A stretch of DNA of 64,000 nucleotides from Rhizodiscina lignyota (lineage: Eukaryota), in contig ML978144.1 in the NCBI GenBank assembly GCA_010015805.1, positions 1-64,000 on the forward strand, read 5' to 3'. The translations under genes and the position numbers were made by a program. Each line of letters starts with the position of its first letter. Positions within the stretch are counted from its first letter, which is position 1. Below are positions 1 to 12,292 of this stretch, one piece after another. A model generated the notes under the pieces. It searched no databases. It worked only from the letters and a program-made list of their open reading frames with translations, and was not told the origin of the DNA.

Positions 1-1205
1 AAATTTTGTGAGTATATGTACAACTCGCATATTCTACTCCCCTGTCAATGACCTGCCGCTGTGGCATAGCGGCAGCGAGACAGCTATTAAATAAAGGTGC
101 GCCCTAAGCCCCTTTCATACAGTACTAACACTTGATCTAGATCGGCCAAAAAAAAAAATAAATACCAAAAAACCAGGTCAAGCTGTTTTCTGCACCTTCC
201 TCCCTCTTAATCTGATAAAAAGGATTAGGAGGGAGGTGGTGTAGTTTTTGCTAAAATTATCTATTTTATTTTTTTCCAAAAAAAATTTGGCACCTGTAAA
301 CCACAGATTCACAAATCGGCGTCGTGTTTTTTCTTTTGCCAGTCGTAGAGTTTCCATTGATTGTGCTCTCATCTGCGGCCAAATACCGGCTAAGCATAAT
401 CTTTGACTTCTGACCAAGTTATGTTCCGTAGAACGAGGAATAATAATCATGGAGCCACTGCAGGAAGGCCTCTCTGGTTCTGGGTCTTAACCAAATCACC
501 GTCCACCGATCATCTAGTAACAGCTTTGCTCTGATCCCCATTTTGCTGGACGGAGATCACTGGCCTGTACCGGACTGCTCAAACGCGTGCACATCGCCGC
601 CAGTATATACCCAAGAGGAATATACCGACACTAGCCGCTTCACCGCGAGAAGCTCTGGTGTTGCATTACTGTATATCTTTCTCTGCTTCTCAGTTCCCAC
701 CACTCCTCTCTTTCTAACAACATCAACATCTTCGGCCTGCAGAAATCGAACACAACACCTCTGGTCCTCACTGTGCAAGCTCGTTAGATTGGTGGCCACT
801 CTTCTATTGAGATAATCGCTGCTCCTTGAACGGCGTTTCACTGCCTCACTCAGCTGGACCGACTCTCAAACATCATCGAAACCTCTCTGCCTCTGCTTCA
901 CCCATCTCTCACTCCAACTTCCTCAACATCCTGAATACCAAAACCTTGCAGATCCCAGCATCATGTCGGGTAAGCCAATTCACAAGCGTAGTTGGCTACA
1001 GAAACCACAGTCTATCTCTAAACTCCAGTGTATTAGACTCCGACAACGAAGCACCGCCTCACCAATTCTCGACGTCAGAAACAAACATTTGCCCGAGACT
1101 CCCAGCGCACACAAGCACCATCCATAGGACGATCACAACTTTGACGAATCGGAGGTCAGGCGCACGGCCGAGTGCGAATCACCTATACCGTGATCAGAGT
1201 TCGAG

Positions 1206-1610
1206 ATGTCTGCAGCCAAAGCTCCCGCTCAGCCTGCGCTCAAGCCCAGCGTTCCACCCATCTCATGGGTGAAATGCGTGCGCGTCGCCAGCGACGCAGA
1301 GATAATGCTTTGCCTGCCAGGGCAATACTTCGTGCGGCAGTTCCAGACACAGCACGTGTCATCGGTCAACCCGATGTTCCAGCAGGGCATGGAAGTCGGT
1401 GGGGGTGAGCTCGTTGTCGTTCGGGCTGTGATCCACAGGGAAAATTATCCCTCGGACGCAGATTATCAGCTGGTCTCCGCAAACCTGCTGAACACGACGG
1501 CGGCGGCGCTGGGAGTCGACAACTACTGGGGGCCGGTCATTGTTGCGCGGAAGGACGGCGAGCCGCTGGAGCCGGAGGCGGTGAAGGAGTTGTGCGATAG
1601 GTGCTTGTAG
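1206..1610 (+). CDS. Small hypothetical protein, resembles the C-terminal region of fungal MYND-associated proteins
   Basis: 134-aa ATG ORF with GC-rich coding-like codon usage; motif WGPVIVARKDGEPL..EAVKELCDRC recalls a motif in fungal zf-MYND-associated proteins, but no MYND finger is present. Confidence 0.45.
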   Translation: MSAAKAPAQPALKPSVPPISWVKCVRVASDAEIMLCLPGQYFVRQFQTQHVSSVNPMFQQGMEVGGGELVVVRAVIHRENYPSDADYQLVSANLLNTTAAALGVDNYWGPVIVARKDGEPLEPEAVKELCDRCL

Positions 1611-2505
1611 GCAGTGTTATGGAGGAGTTTGTATGGTGGTTAGATGATAGTGGTGGCAATGAGAGAGAGACCTTTCGGAGTGACTTTACTGAATTCTTTG
1701 CATCGTGAAGCTGCCGGAGAGAAGACTATTGCTCTCTATTTACTTGTATTTGCGGTCCTGTCAACTGCAGTAAGTCAAGCTCTTTCAGGGGTATTGCCTG
1801 CGCCTAAACGGGTAGTGGTGATAAAAAAGCACAGGCCTTTACACGTGACTGGGTGGCGGTATTTTCATGGTGAAGTCGGAATCGAGGAAGCTTCTGCTCA
1901 TAGTTCACCTCTACTTGAAGAGTCGTTTGAAAGCAGAAAGACTGTACTTTTTTGCAGTGACACCAACGACGGAATTTGCTCGTGCTATTGTCTTCTTGCT
2001 AATCGTATATGTCCGTATACAACCTATGGGTAATAGTGGGAGCGAGATATACGCATACATGACTAATCTCATCAAGTACTTATTATAGTTACCCCTAAAC
2101 ATACTTCGACACTTGATCCAACAATACATTCAGAGTATTCCGAAGCAATCATGCTGTACTTGTCGTTAAGAAGGGCGTGGGATGCAGTCTTCAGGGGTTG
2201 GTAGAGCTAAAGAAAGCCACACTTCTCTGCCCAACTTCTTCAATTTCATTCGAACCCCTTCTGAGATGATAACTCCACTCCGTTCAACTATACTTGCTGA
2301 TTAGTTCAAAATTGATCAAGATTTACGTGATATAGATAACGTAGCTTAGTCCAACGGAGCTATCTCACGTCCTCGGTAGGGATGTACCGGTATCGGACAA
2401 GCCGCCGCCGTACTTCACAAAGAGTACTTGGAAATATCAAGATGTGATAAAAGTTACTTAGATACCCGCCACTGACCTACATTGATATTTTCCAGAAAAA
2501 GTACT

Positions 2506-3255
2506 ATGGTCAAACAAATCCGTCTCGGGGTGCTGGTCCCGTCTTCCAACACCGCTCTCGAACCCATTACCCAAGAGATCATCTCATCAATATCCGACGA
2601 CGACTTGGAAATAACAGTACACTTCTCCCGTTTCACCGTAAAAGAGATTTCCCTGACGCCAACGGCGTTAAATCAATTCAAACTCGAGCCCATTATTACC
2701 GCAGCGCAACTCCTTGCTGATGCCAAGGTGGATTGCATCGGATGGTCTGGCACGAGTGCGGGATGGCTGGGCTTCGATCACGACGAGAGACTATGTAAGG
2801 AGATCAGCGATGCGACGGGAATTTCATGCGCCACTAGCACGCTGGCGCTCAACAAGGCTCTGAAGCTCCTCGGGATTGGGGAGGGGAGCAAGCTGGGACT
2901 TGTGACGCCGTATCTGTCGGACGTGCAGACTGCAATCATGGAGAAGTATGCTGGGATTGGCATTGTGATTGATAAGAGCGTGGAGAGACATCTCGAAATA
3001 TCTGCGAACCATAGTATTCGCCAGGTTTCGGCGGAGCAGCTGGGAAGCATGGTGAGAGAGGTGAAAGAGGGAGGAGCGCACGTCATCACCACATTTTGTA
3101 CGAATTTGGTTGCAGCGAGGTATGCGGAGCAGTGGGAGAGGGAGATGGACGTTGTGGTGCTGGATACCGTTGCGACTGTTGTGTGGGATATGCTGAAGAT
3201 GGTCGGGGTGGACACGAAGAAGGTCCAGGGATGGGGGAAGATGTTTGAGCTATAG
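2506..3255 (+). CDS. Asp/Glu/hydantoin racemase superfamily protein (maleate isomerase/arylmalonate decarboxylase-like), intronless
   Basis: LGVLVPSSNTALE, GWSGTSAGW, LGLVTPY and FCTNL motifs; first ATG at 2506. Confidence 0.88.
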   Translation: MVKQIRLGVLVPSSNTALEPITQEIISSISDDDLEITVHFSRFTVKEISLTPTALNQFKLEPIITAAQLLADAKVDCIGWSGTSAGWLGFDHDERLCKEISDATGISCATSTLALNKALKLLGIGEGSKLGLVTPYLSDVQTAIMEKYAGIGIVIDKSVERHLEISANHSIRQVSAEQLGSMVREVKEGGAHVITTFCTNLVAARYAEQWEREMDVVVLDTVATVVWDMLKMVGVDTKKVQGWGKMFEL

Positions 3256-4824
3256 CGTTCGAACATGTATTTGGCTGACTCGGGAAGCGGGAGAGTGACA
3301 ACTATTAGTCATTGAACATAGAGAGAGGGATGGTTGACGGCGCATCTTCATGCCAAATACTACGTCTGCTTTCAGAGTTAGGCCTTGAAAGGAAGAAACG
3401 GGCCGTTCTTGCAAATGACACGTCTGCGAGCCGCCCATTGTAGCATTCAAACAGTGCAGACCATCATCAAGCGCCCTGGTCCCAGCATCGTCCGGTGCAA
3501 CTGATCTAAAAGAATTAAAATACTGCCTGGAATCCTTCTGTTGAGACGGGCTGTGATCAACAAAAAGAGGGCAAGACGTCTAGGTCAAGGATAGTGACCA
3601 ACCTTCCAAGATCCTATGTTAAAGCTGTCCTATATTATTCAGCCGTTATGTCTAAGATTGAAAGTGCTTGTGATATGTACAGCTTCGAGTCACTGGTCGA
3701 AGGCCGGTGGTTGGATTGGCTAGATAGACATGTGGGAACTAATGTGACAATGGAGATGCGCGCCCAAATAGGGCAGCCTTCTAGAAGCCTAGTTCGTCCA
3801 TGAGGCGAGTAACGGTTGCTTGCGGCCGCTTCTGCCATCATGAGCGGAGTTTGCAAAGCAGATGACGGTCGGCAAAATTGCCATCACAGGCCCTGCCAAG
3901 CTCTCTGCCAAGTGCCACCAGAATCAAGCTACAGGACCCTTGTTTCTGCTCCCGCGTAGTCCCCCACCCACAAACTCCAACCACCGTCATCAAGCACGGC
4001 TTAAGGCGCCTTTCCGATGTGTTTACCTTCCTGATACAGTTGCACAAAGGCATTGATCGCTACATTACCCCAGACTCACCCGCACTTTCTGACCAGTCCG
4101 ACAAGGTTCCCCAGATGCTGAATACATATCTTTCCGGAGCATGCAACATTTGATGTCAGACAATGGCGTCAAAAAGGCGGTGCTTGACAGCAACCAAGAA
4201 GCTAGCCCTAGCGGCTAAGCTTTTGGGGCGTCGCGGCAGCTCGCGCGATCTGCGATTGCACGAGACGATGAAACTCGGTGTTCTGCGGCCAAGCATCGTG
4301 ACAACGCCATCGCCATTCGCCTGCCTCGCTGACACCTGAATATTCCTCAGCAACGCGCAGAGCTCTACGTGAGGGCAGAGGAATCCTTCGAGGGATCAGG
4401 CGGCCTATCGCACTTTATTCCTTTGCTACAAACGGGTAGCACAAGTTAGGTCCCGAATCGACGGGGCTGGAGGGCATCGTGCTGTCGAATCCGCACCCTG
4501 CCGTTATTAAAGTGGGTACTTCGCAAGTTGGAGTTGTGACGTCAACAACACGAAGAAACGCCCCAGCCCACTGCGGCTTTGGGGGGTCCACAGAAATCAT
4601 GTTCACGCGAGCAGAATTGTCTCTGTAATCGGCGAACGGACGTGAATGCGGCATGAGCAGTGGGCTTGCAGAAATGACGTTGGTTTTTCTGGCCCAACCA
4701 TCTATAAGCCCATTTTCTCTTTCATTTTCTTCTCGCCCTCCGCATTTCTTATCTCCACTATAAACTAGAACTCCCCCCTTCCCCATTGTCGGTTTCCCGT
4801 GGAGCTGCTCCCTGATGAGTAAAG

Positions 4825-6878
4825 ATGGCTCACTTCGCGGAGAATCCGTCCGTTTTCGGAAATAATGGACCAGACAATGAAGAGCTTAACGAGAAGCGTG
4901 ACTCCAGCTCTGATGCCGGCAAGACCGAACAGAACCTTAATGGAGGAGATCTCAGTCCGCGCAATACGTTCGAGGCCGAGGGACAGCCTGACCTGGATCG
5001 TCCCGGGACGTATGACAAGATAGAGATTACGGAAGAAGATTGCTACGACGAATTGGGCTATTCATTTCCATCTTGGAAGAAATGGACTATTCTTACCATA
5101 ATCTTCCTTGTCCAGGTCTCGATGAACTTCAACACTAGCTTGTACTCCAACGGTCTCACCGGCATATCAGACGAGTTCCATGTCAGCGCGCAAGCCGCAC
5201 GATGTGGTGCGATGATATTCCTCGTTCTCTACGCGTTCGGTTGTGAACTTTGGGCTCCGTGGAGTGAAGAGCTTGGCCGCTGGCCCATCTTACAGCTCAG
5301 CTTGACATTGGTCAACATCTGGCAACTGCCTGTCGCTCTGGCTCCCAACTTCGCATCTCTCATGGTCGGCCGTGCTCTCGGCGGCTTATCTTCTGCAGGA
5401 GGCTCTGTTACTCTTGGTATGATCGCCGATATGTGGGAGGCAGATGTTCAGCAATATGCTGTCGCATACGTCGTCTTCTCTTCCGTTGGAGGCTCCGTTC
5501 TTGGTCCCGTGGTCGGTGGATTTGTTGAGGCCTTTCTTGACTGGAGATGGTGTATTTGGATTCAGCTTATCTTTGGAGGCTTCGTTCAAGCGTGCCACTT
5601 TTTCCTCGTACCCGAGACTCGCACAACCGTTATGATGGACAAGATTGCCAAGCGTCGTCGCAAGAAGAACGGCGAGAACATCTGGGGTACGTTATTCCGT
5701 GAATTGTTCGACGGTACATGACTGACTTGGAACAGGACCAAACGAGCTTGTCCCATTCAAGGACCGCTTCTCGGCCAAAGAAGTTATGATTCTCTGGATC
5801 CGGCCCTTCAAGATGTTCCTCACTGAGCCCATCGTGCTCACACTCTCACTGCTTAGTGGCTTCAGTGACGCTTTGATCTTCATGTTCATCCAGTCGTTTT
5901 CTCTCGTCTACCAACAGTGGAACTTTGGCACCGTTGAAATCGGGCTGTCGTTTATTCCATTGTTGGTGGGATACTTCATCGCTTGGTTCGCCTTCATTCC
6001 AGCCATCAAGAAGAATATCAAGGTTCGCAATGCGAATCCGGACGACGAAAGGGCGCAATATGAGAGTAGGCTGTGGTTCCTGCTATATACGGCTCCGTGC
6101 TTGCCTATTGGTCTTATTGGGTTCGCGTGGACGATCCAAGGTCCTCCAATCCACTGGATTGGTAAGTGATCACCTTGTGCCCCACGCTCGTAATGACTGA
6201 GAGATTAACGCATATCCACAGGTAGCATGATCTTCGCAGCCATTGTCGGTATTGCTAACTATGCCATCTACATGGCCACGATTGACTATATGATCTGTGC
6301 ATACGGCCCGTATTCCGCGTCTGCAACTGGTGGGAACGGTTGGTCAAGAGACTTCCTTGCAGGCGTCCTAACTGTGCCTGCCACGCCATTCTTTAGCAGT
6401 ATGTGCTCCACTTATATCACAACTCGCTCTACCCTTATACAGACACTGACATCGTTCCACAGACATTGGCGCATCCTCTGGCAAAAACCTCGAATACGCT
6501 TGTACTATCCTTTTCTGCATTGCTTTCCTCCTTGTCATCGCCGTCTACGTTATCTATTGGAAAGGCCCCGCCTTGCGCGCTCGCTCACCCTTCGCGCAAC
6601 AACTTGCTGCCGCTGGTGCCGCCGCGCACGCGCCTGGTCGTCGCGTATCTGCCGTTTCTGCACAACGTTCTGCTTCTATTGCTGCAGGCGAGGCCAGACC
6701 CCCAACCAGTCGCAGGAGTAGCTATGCGGCGAGCCAGGCTTTGTCGACTTGGGCTGGGAGCCGTAGGAGTTCAAGGTCTGAGAGTGTGGTTAGACCGAGA
6801 AATGTGCGACAAAAGAGCGAGACTAAGAAGAAGATCGATGAGGCGAATCGGAAGGACAGGGAAGGGAATATGGTTTAA
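4825..6878 (+). CDS. MFS transporter, DHA1 (drug:H+ antiporter) family
   Basis: Motifs WKKW, APWSEELGRWP, GRALGG, PETRT, PFKMFLTEPI, ESRL, YGPYSASA; introns ~5687-5735, 6162-6221 and 6399-6462 join the ORF pieces. Confidence 0.92.
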
Positions 6879-8777
6879 GTGATACCTAGAAGGTTCGGCG
6901 TGGATGAGTGTAGAAATATACCCCGGTTTCATTGATGAACATGTGATGGATGTTTAATGTCTTTTGCAGCGTGGATTTGAAGCTGGGGGACCTGGGGTTT
7001 GAATTATTGGATTCTGGATGGACGACGAATTACGATATGTACTATAGAAGTCAAATGTAAGATAGGGACATCTTGTGGTTAGTACACGCCAATAGCAAAA
7101 GGCAATAGATGCTAGTTCCGAACTCTTATCGCTTGTTAAATTGGTTGTAGGGGGTTGCACGCGCTGGAGATTGGACAGAAAGCTACGAATGGCATAGTCG
7201 CAATTACTGCGAAAAGCACTAATTCGGTGTCCGACTCGTTGCAACCTATTGGTTTTCACATACCGGGGGAGAGATTTTGAATTGCAAATCTTTCGTCGTT
7301 GATCATACCAGGCAGCTGGAATTAGCGATTGTGTACACCAAGATTGTTGCCGCAAGTGGCCAAACGACCTGTATCGCCCAATTCAAAGTTCTCTTGCTTT
7401 GACCGTAGACTGGTTAAGACCTACCATTTTGCGCGTCTCCGCTGTGGGAAAACATCTCTGGCAAAGCCATCTTGAAATGTGGGTGAGTATGGATCGGAGA
7501 GCAACTATCTCTGCTGTGATTCCTCTCTCTGCTGTGATTCTTATCGCTTGCTACACAATTCAAGAAGTGCTACTCTACGAGTCTTATCAGTCCCGTTGGA
7601 GAACTGCATTCTCAATCAAAGGACTCCACGAATGGTGAGATAACTATTCAGAGCACCATGTTCCATATGCGAGTAGGTTCTGTTTTCTTGATTGGCTAAT
7701 ATGTTTGTAGTCTTCTCGACTCCTGCGTAAGCAGCGAGCATCGCCACCATTCAAAAAACAGAAAGCCACGGCCAAATCCGTTCCACTTCATGTTTGCTAA
7801 TTGACTCCAACTCATTGCCCACCATATTGTATCTTTGTTCTCTTAGCTGAGTCGTTAGCTCGTACCATTTTCACACTCCTGCGATAGGTCTTCTGAAACA
7901 GAACACTCAGACTCGACCTCTGAAGTGTGCTTCATGGCCAGTGGAGCGACCAAAAGCAATCAGGATTCTCTGGTCGCCAAAGAAGAAGCTGAAGCGCCAC
8001 CCAAGCGAGATGCTCACTGCTTTACGGAGTAAGCCACAGTTATTGTCCCTGTGGATGGTTATAATCCAGCGAAACTCAGTCTCGTCTCCACCGTCGATAT
8101 CTCTTGAATGAATTGGTTCCCATGCTGCATTTGTTCCATCCATAGCTGTGTCCAGTGTCCAATGCTGCTGCATTCTTAGGGGTCGAGCTTGCGTATATCG
8201 TCCAAGGAATTGACTATATCGTATGATTTCACTCGCACATGCAAGGATGACTTCGCCAGTGCACGAAGGGTACAACGACAGTAATACGTACTTGTTCTAT
8301 GAATGTATACCTGGTTCTCGAGTGATTATCAGCATGAACCTCAACATAACTCTCAAGACTTGTCGAAGTTCCATTTTGATACACTTGAGATAGTATGGCA
8401 CCATTCTTTACGACTCACGAGAATCTTTCAGCTTCGAGTCCGACAGACCGAGGCGATATCACCTAAGGCTTATAACGCAAGTTACAGCGTACATTTCGAC
8501 TCCGTATGGCCTCTACAGACTTTTGATACCACCCCTAATTCTGTAGAGTTCCACTTGATGACCCGCTCCTCAATTTGTCAGTCCTCTGGCACTTAAGGAT
8601 GGCTACTGTGACTGCACAGGGCAACATTCGTCTCGGTAGTGCCTATGATATGGAAACCATGACATGTGGCTGTTGACTGACTAAATCGAAGTAAGGCAGC
8701 TTATGCAATGGAAAGTAGAAGTGCTGCTACAAGGAAAATAGGTGATAGTAGTCGTACTGGCCGTGCAAAGCTTTGCT

Positions 8778-8809
8778 GTGGGTCTGCGTGGGTCTCCGTG
8801 GGTCCCCGT
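8778..8809. repeat. Short tandem repeat, ~3 x 10 bp (GTGGGTCYSC)
   Basis: gtgggtctgc gtgggtctcc gtgggtcccc gt. Confidence 0.7.
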
Positions 8810-10651
8810 AAGCGTTGCGGATTCAGACACACTGACGTAGAGTGCGTCTGAATCTGTCGACCGTTGAATTCTTCTCACCCTGATCGACGAGTAGCTATGG
8901 CTTCCTTTCGGAGCACCAGACCTTCCTTCGCCCATTGCGGCCCTTCTCTATGCTCTGCATGTGTGTGAAAGGTCTCTAGGCCAGGTGGCGTTTCGGTCTT
9001 GGTTCCGGGGAGGAGCGGGACCAGGGTGGCCTTGTGGCTTGATGGGAGGCTTGATAGGTCCAGGACAGGGATTCTGGACTCCACAATCAGAAAAGGAGAA
9101 GGACGGGGAATCCTGGGTAGCCCTCCAGGCGAGCATACGCGCGCGGAAGGGCCATTGACTCTCAATGTGGAAAGGTCGCGCTTCATTAGCAGTAGCAGCA
9201 GGGAAATGCCACCGGATTCTCTCATGTCCATGCCAACCTTGAGCAGGAATTGCGTGTTCTTAAGCCCTTCACGGACCCAATGGTTACATAGAAGAACTGC
9301 CGAGGTCAGATTTGCGCTTGCGAAAGAGACATTGTCTCACTGTTGACGCCCATTCATACTAGTTGAATGAGCAATATATTTGTCGAAATACGTTACGCCA
9401 TTGCCGTCACTACGCGCGGCAAAGAGTTGAGAGGCTGCAGAGATAGCGGATTCCAGCAAATCGCTTGCCCCTGCGCTTTGCGCAGGCCGGTATTTCCCCC
9501 GCAAAAACCCTCTCGAGTCATGACCACTTCGACCAGCTTCATGATTCAACGCGCTCCTTCGCTTTGAATTTCGCTTTGTTCGGGCATGAACGATTGAGTT
9601 CTCGAGTCTATCTGCAGCGCTGATCAGCCATTCAAGGTCCATCTGGACGCGGGACGCTCGAGTCGACGTGCAACGGTGCCGTCTATCTCTCGCCAACTCC
9701 AACGGCATCGTGCCTGAACGTCGAAGCGATCCATGCGAAAAGCTTCTGCCGACTGATTCAGCTTCAGGGCAAGGGCACAGTGCGATTCAGGAACAGGTTG
9801 CAATGGCGCTCCCATCTGCGATTGCGTTCTCACCTCATGCCGCCAGCAGAGCGGATCAATTGCAGGCCACCCCGCAGATCTTTCCAACGTTGAACTGTGG
9901 TGGAGACTCTGGTGGAGAATGGAAGTGGATAGGCTCGACGACGATCCCTCCCAGAACAATGCAGCTTTGTTTCAGTCGATGTGCTGGGACGGCGAAGAGC
10001 TAATGAGAGCTAAGAAGCCTGCTGTAAGGGGCGCGACCTCCAAGCGCAGCGCGGCTGTCACCGCCCGGGCCGTCGTCAGTTCCCGAACCTTGTGGCTTCC
10101 CTTCGGTTCTGCTCGAAGTCCGGATGTGCATCTTGCTCTCAAAGCTGCTAAAGACTCCTTTTGACTTTCGCCCCTAACTTCCTCTGTCTCGAGTCCCCGC
10201 TTGCCGTCTTCCAGGACGCCCAGGGCAACGTAATTATCCGCTCGATATTCCCAGCTCAAAGCTTCCCCTTTCAAGATGGAATTCCGTATTAAGTTACCTC
10301 TACGGATCCTGTTCCTGGAACAACTGACTCGCTGGGTTCGAAGCTTAAACTCTTCAACGGCCATTGTCATGCAATATTTCCAGTTATTCGATACTCACTA
10401 CGCGAGTCAAAAGAAAGACATGCCAAACACCTGCAAAGTTCGCTGAATCGTTCCCTCCAAAGTCCCCAAGGTCCCTCCTTCTTTTGGGTTTCTGGTAGGT
10501 TTCGTATAAAGCGCTTTGCAGCTTAGGGCTCTCGACTCTCTTTCTTGAATTCTTGGGCTTCTTCTTTTGGTCGGCAGCAGTCTGTCAGCATTTATATCCG
10601 GAGGCTTTGGCATCTTCCGCTCCATTGCATTTGCTATTAGGCATACCAAGC

Positions 10652-11884
10652 ATGGATCTTGCTACTGTCTTCTTTGGTCTCTTCCTTGGACTGTTCGCTC
10701 CAACCTCGATTAAGGTGTTCAGGCAGAGTTGGGTTATCTGGTCTCGCACAAGGCGACTTACAAATGTCTATGTCTTCATGATCTGGGCGGAGACGGTGGT
10801 GAATCTCATCTTTGCGATTACAACGTATCTTTTCATCCAAGGCGTCATTCCCTCATGGTGAGTCGTTTCGCCGCTATCCAGTTTCAATTGGGTCGTTTGC
10901 CAAAGTACTGACATTGGGAATTTAGTCTCGCGTACTATTTCGTTGCCGGCAAGTTGTGCGACACCGCTTGATAATATTTGGTTCCTAACGCAAAGCAGTG
11001 CTGCTATGGACTCTCCAGGTTCAGCTCCTCACACAAATCATTGCAAATCGGGTCGCCCTGATCATGGTCGACAAGCACAAATCCCGCTTGATGAAATGGC
11101 TCCTCTTCGGCCTTGTTGGTGTTGTCAACATCTCCGTGTTCGTCATATGGATTCCTGCGCATATGGAGATCAGTCCATTCTGGGTCAACTTCAACAGCAT
11201 CTGGGAGCGACTTGAGAAGTGCTTCTTCCTCGTCGTGGACTGTGGACTGAATTTCTTCTTTTTGTACCTGGTGCGGTTCAATCTAATCGCGAAGGGTCTG
11301 ACGAAGTACTCTCGGCTGTTCCAGTTCAACGCGTTCATTGTTTGTGTCTCAATCGCCATGGATGGACTGCTGCTTGGCTTGCTGAGCCTCAAAAATTCTT
11401 ACATGTAAGTGCATAATTCACGCCTACTGTATAGGACTGGAAGATCTGATTGAATTGATGCAGCTACGTCCAATTCGCCCCGGTGGCATATATCGTCAAA
11501 CTCAACATCGAGCTCACCATGGCTGTTCTCATCTCCAAAGTCGCACGTAGCGCTGATCGCGTCGATAACTGGTACTCAAGTGGCGACGCACCAGCTCATG
11601 GCTCAGTTCCCACCAACCGTTCCATGGCTGGCAGAGCTCCCCCACCTCAAGGGGACCACTTTGTCATGACCGGGGTTGGCAATAGTGTTCAAGTTAGCGC
11701 GGATAAGACGGACGGTCGCTGGCCGAATTATGGTTATGAGATGGATAACAAGGTCAATGGCACCACAGCGACAGTGCGGTCAACGAGCTCAGAGGAGCTT
11801 GTTAGGGATATGCACCCGCACCACCAGAACGAGAATGGGATTTTGAAGTCGATGACTACGACTGTTCACACGAACAACATCTGA
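10652..11884 (+). CDS. Multi-pass integral membrane protein (7TM-like, fungal-specific) with disordered C-tail
   Basis: Hydrophobic helices with motifs LWTLQVQLL.QIIANRV and YVQFAPVAYIVKLNIE; introns 10858-10925, 10949-10998 (GC-AG) and 11405-11463 give one frame. Confidence 0.82.
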
Positions 11885-12292
11885 AAAGGCATCACATAAA
11901 ACCAAAAGAATGGGGTTCTCACGAATGGGCGTTGTATTTGTATATACCTGAAAAACGCTAAATGCTCGGCGGTTAGCTCTGAGTTCTGAGTTTATGTATT
12001 ATCAAAAATACACATGATGTGCTTGTACGTATCAATTCTCAGATGGAGCAGGTGATACTCTTGAACTTCGTGAAATCTTGGTGCTCCTTCCAACTCTGAT
12101 GCTCGCGTGAAAAGGAGGATCCGTGTGGCTGGAGCTGGGCTTGAGGCTGATATTGCCAAGCTTTGAGGCTGAAGATCCCTGCTGGTTTTTCTCCACACTA
12201 CCCACTTTCCTTAACGGCTTCATTGGAACTTCCACTGTGGCACTTGTCCTTCAACTCCCTCTATTCATCCCCACAACGCAGACTCGCTTGGC

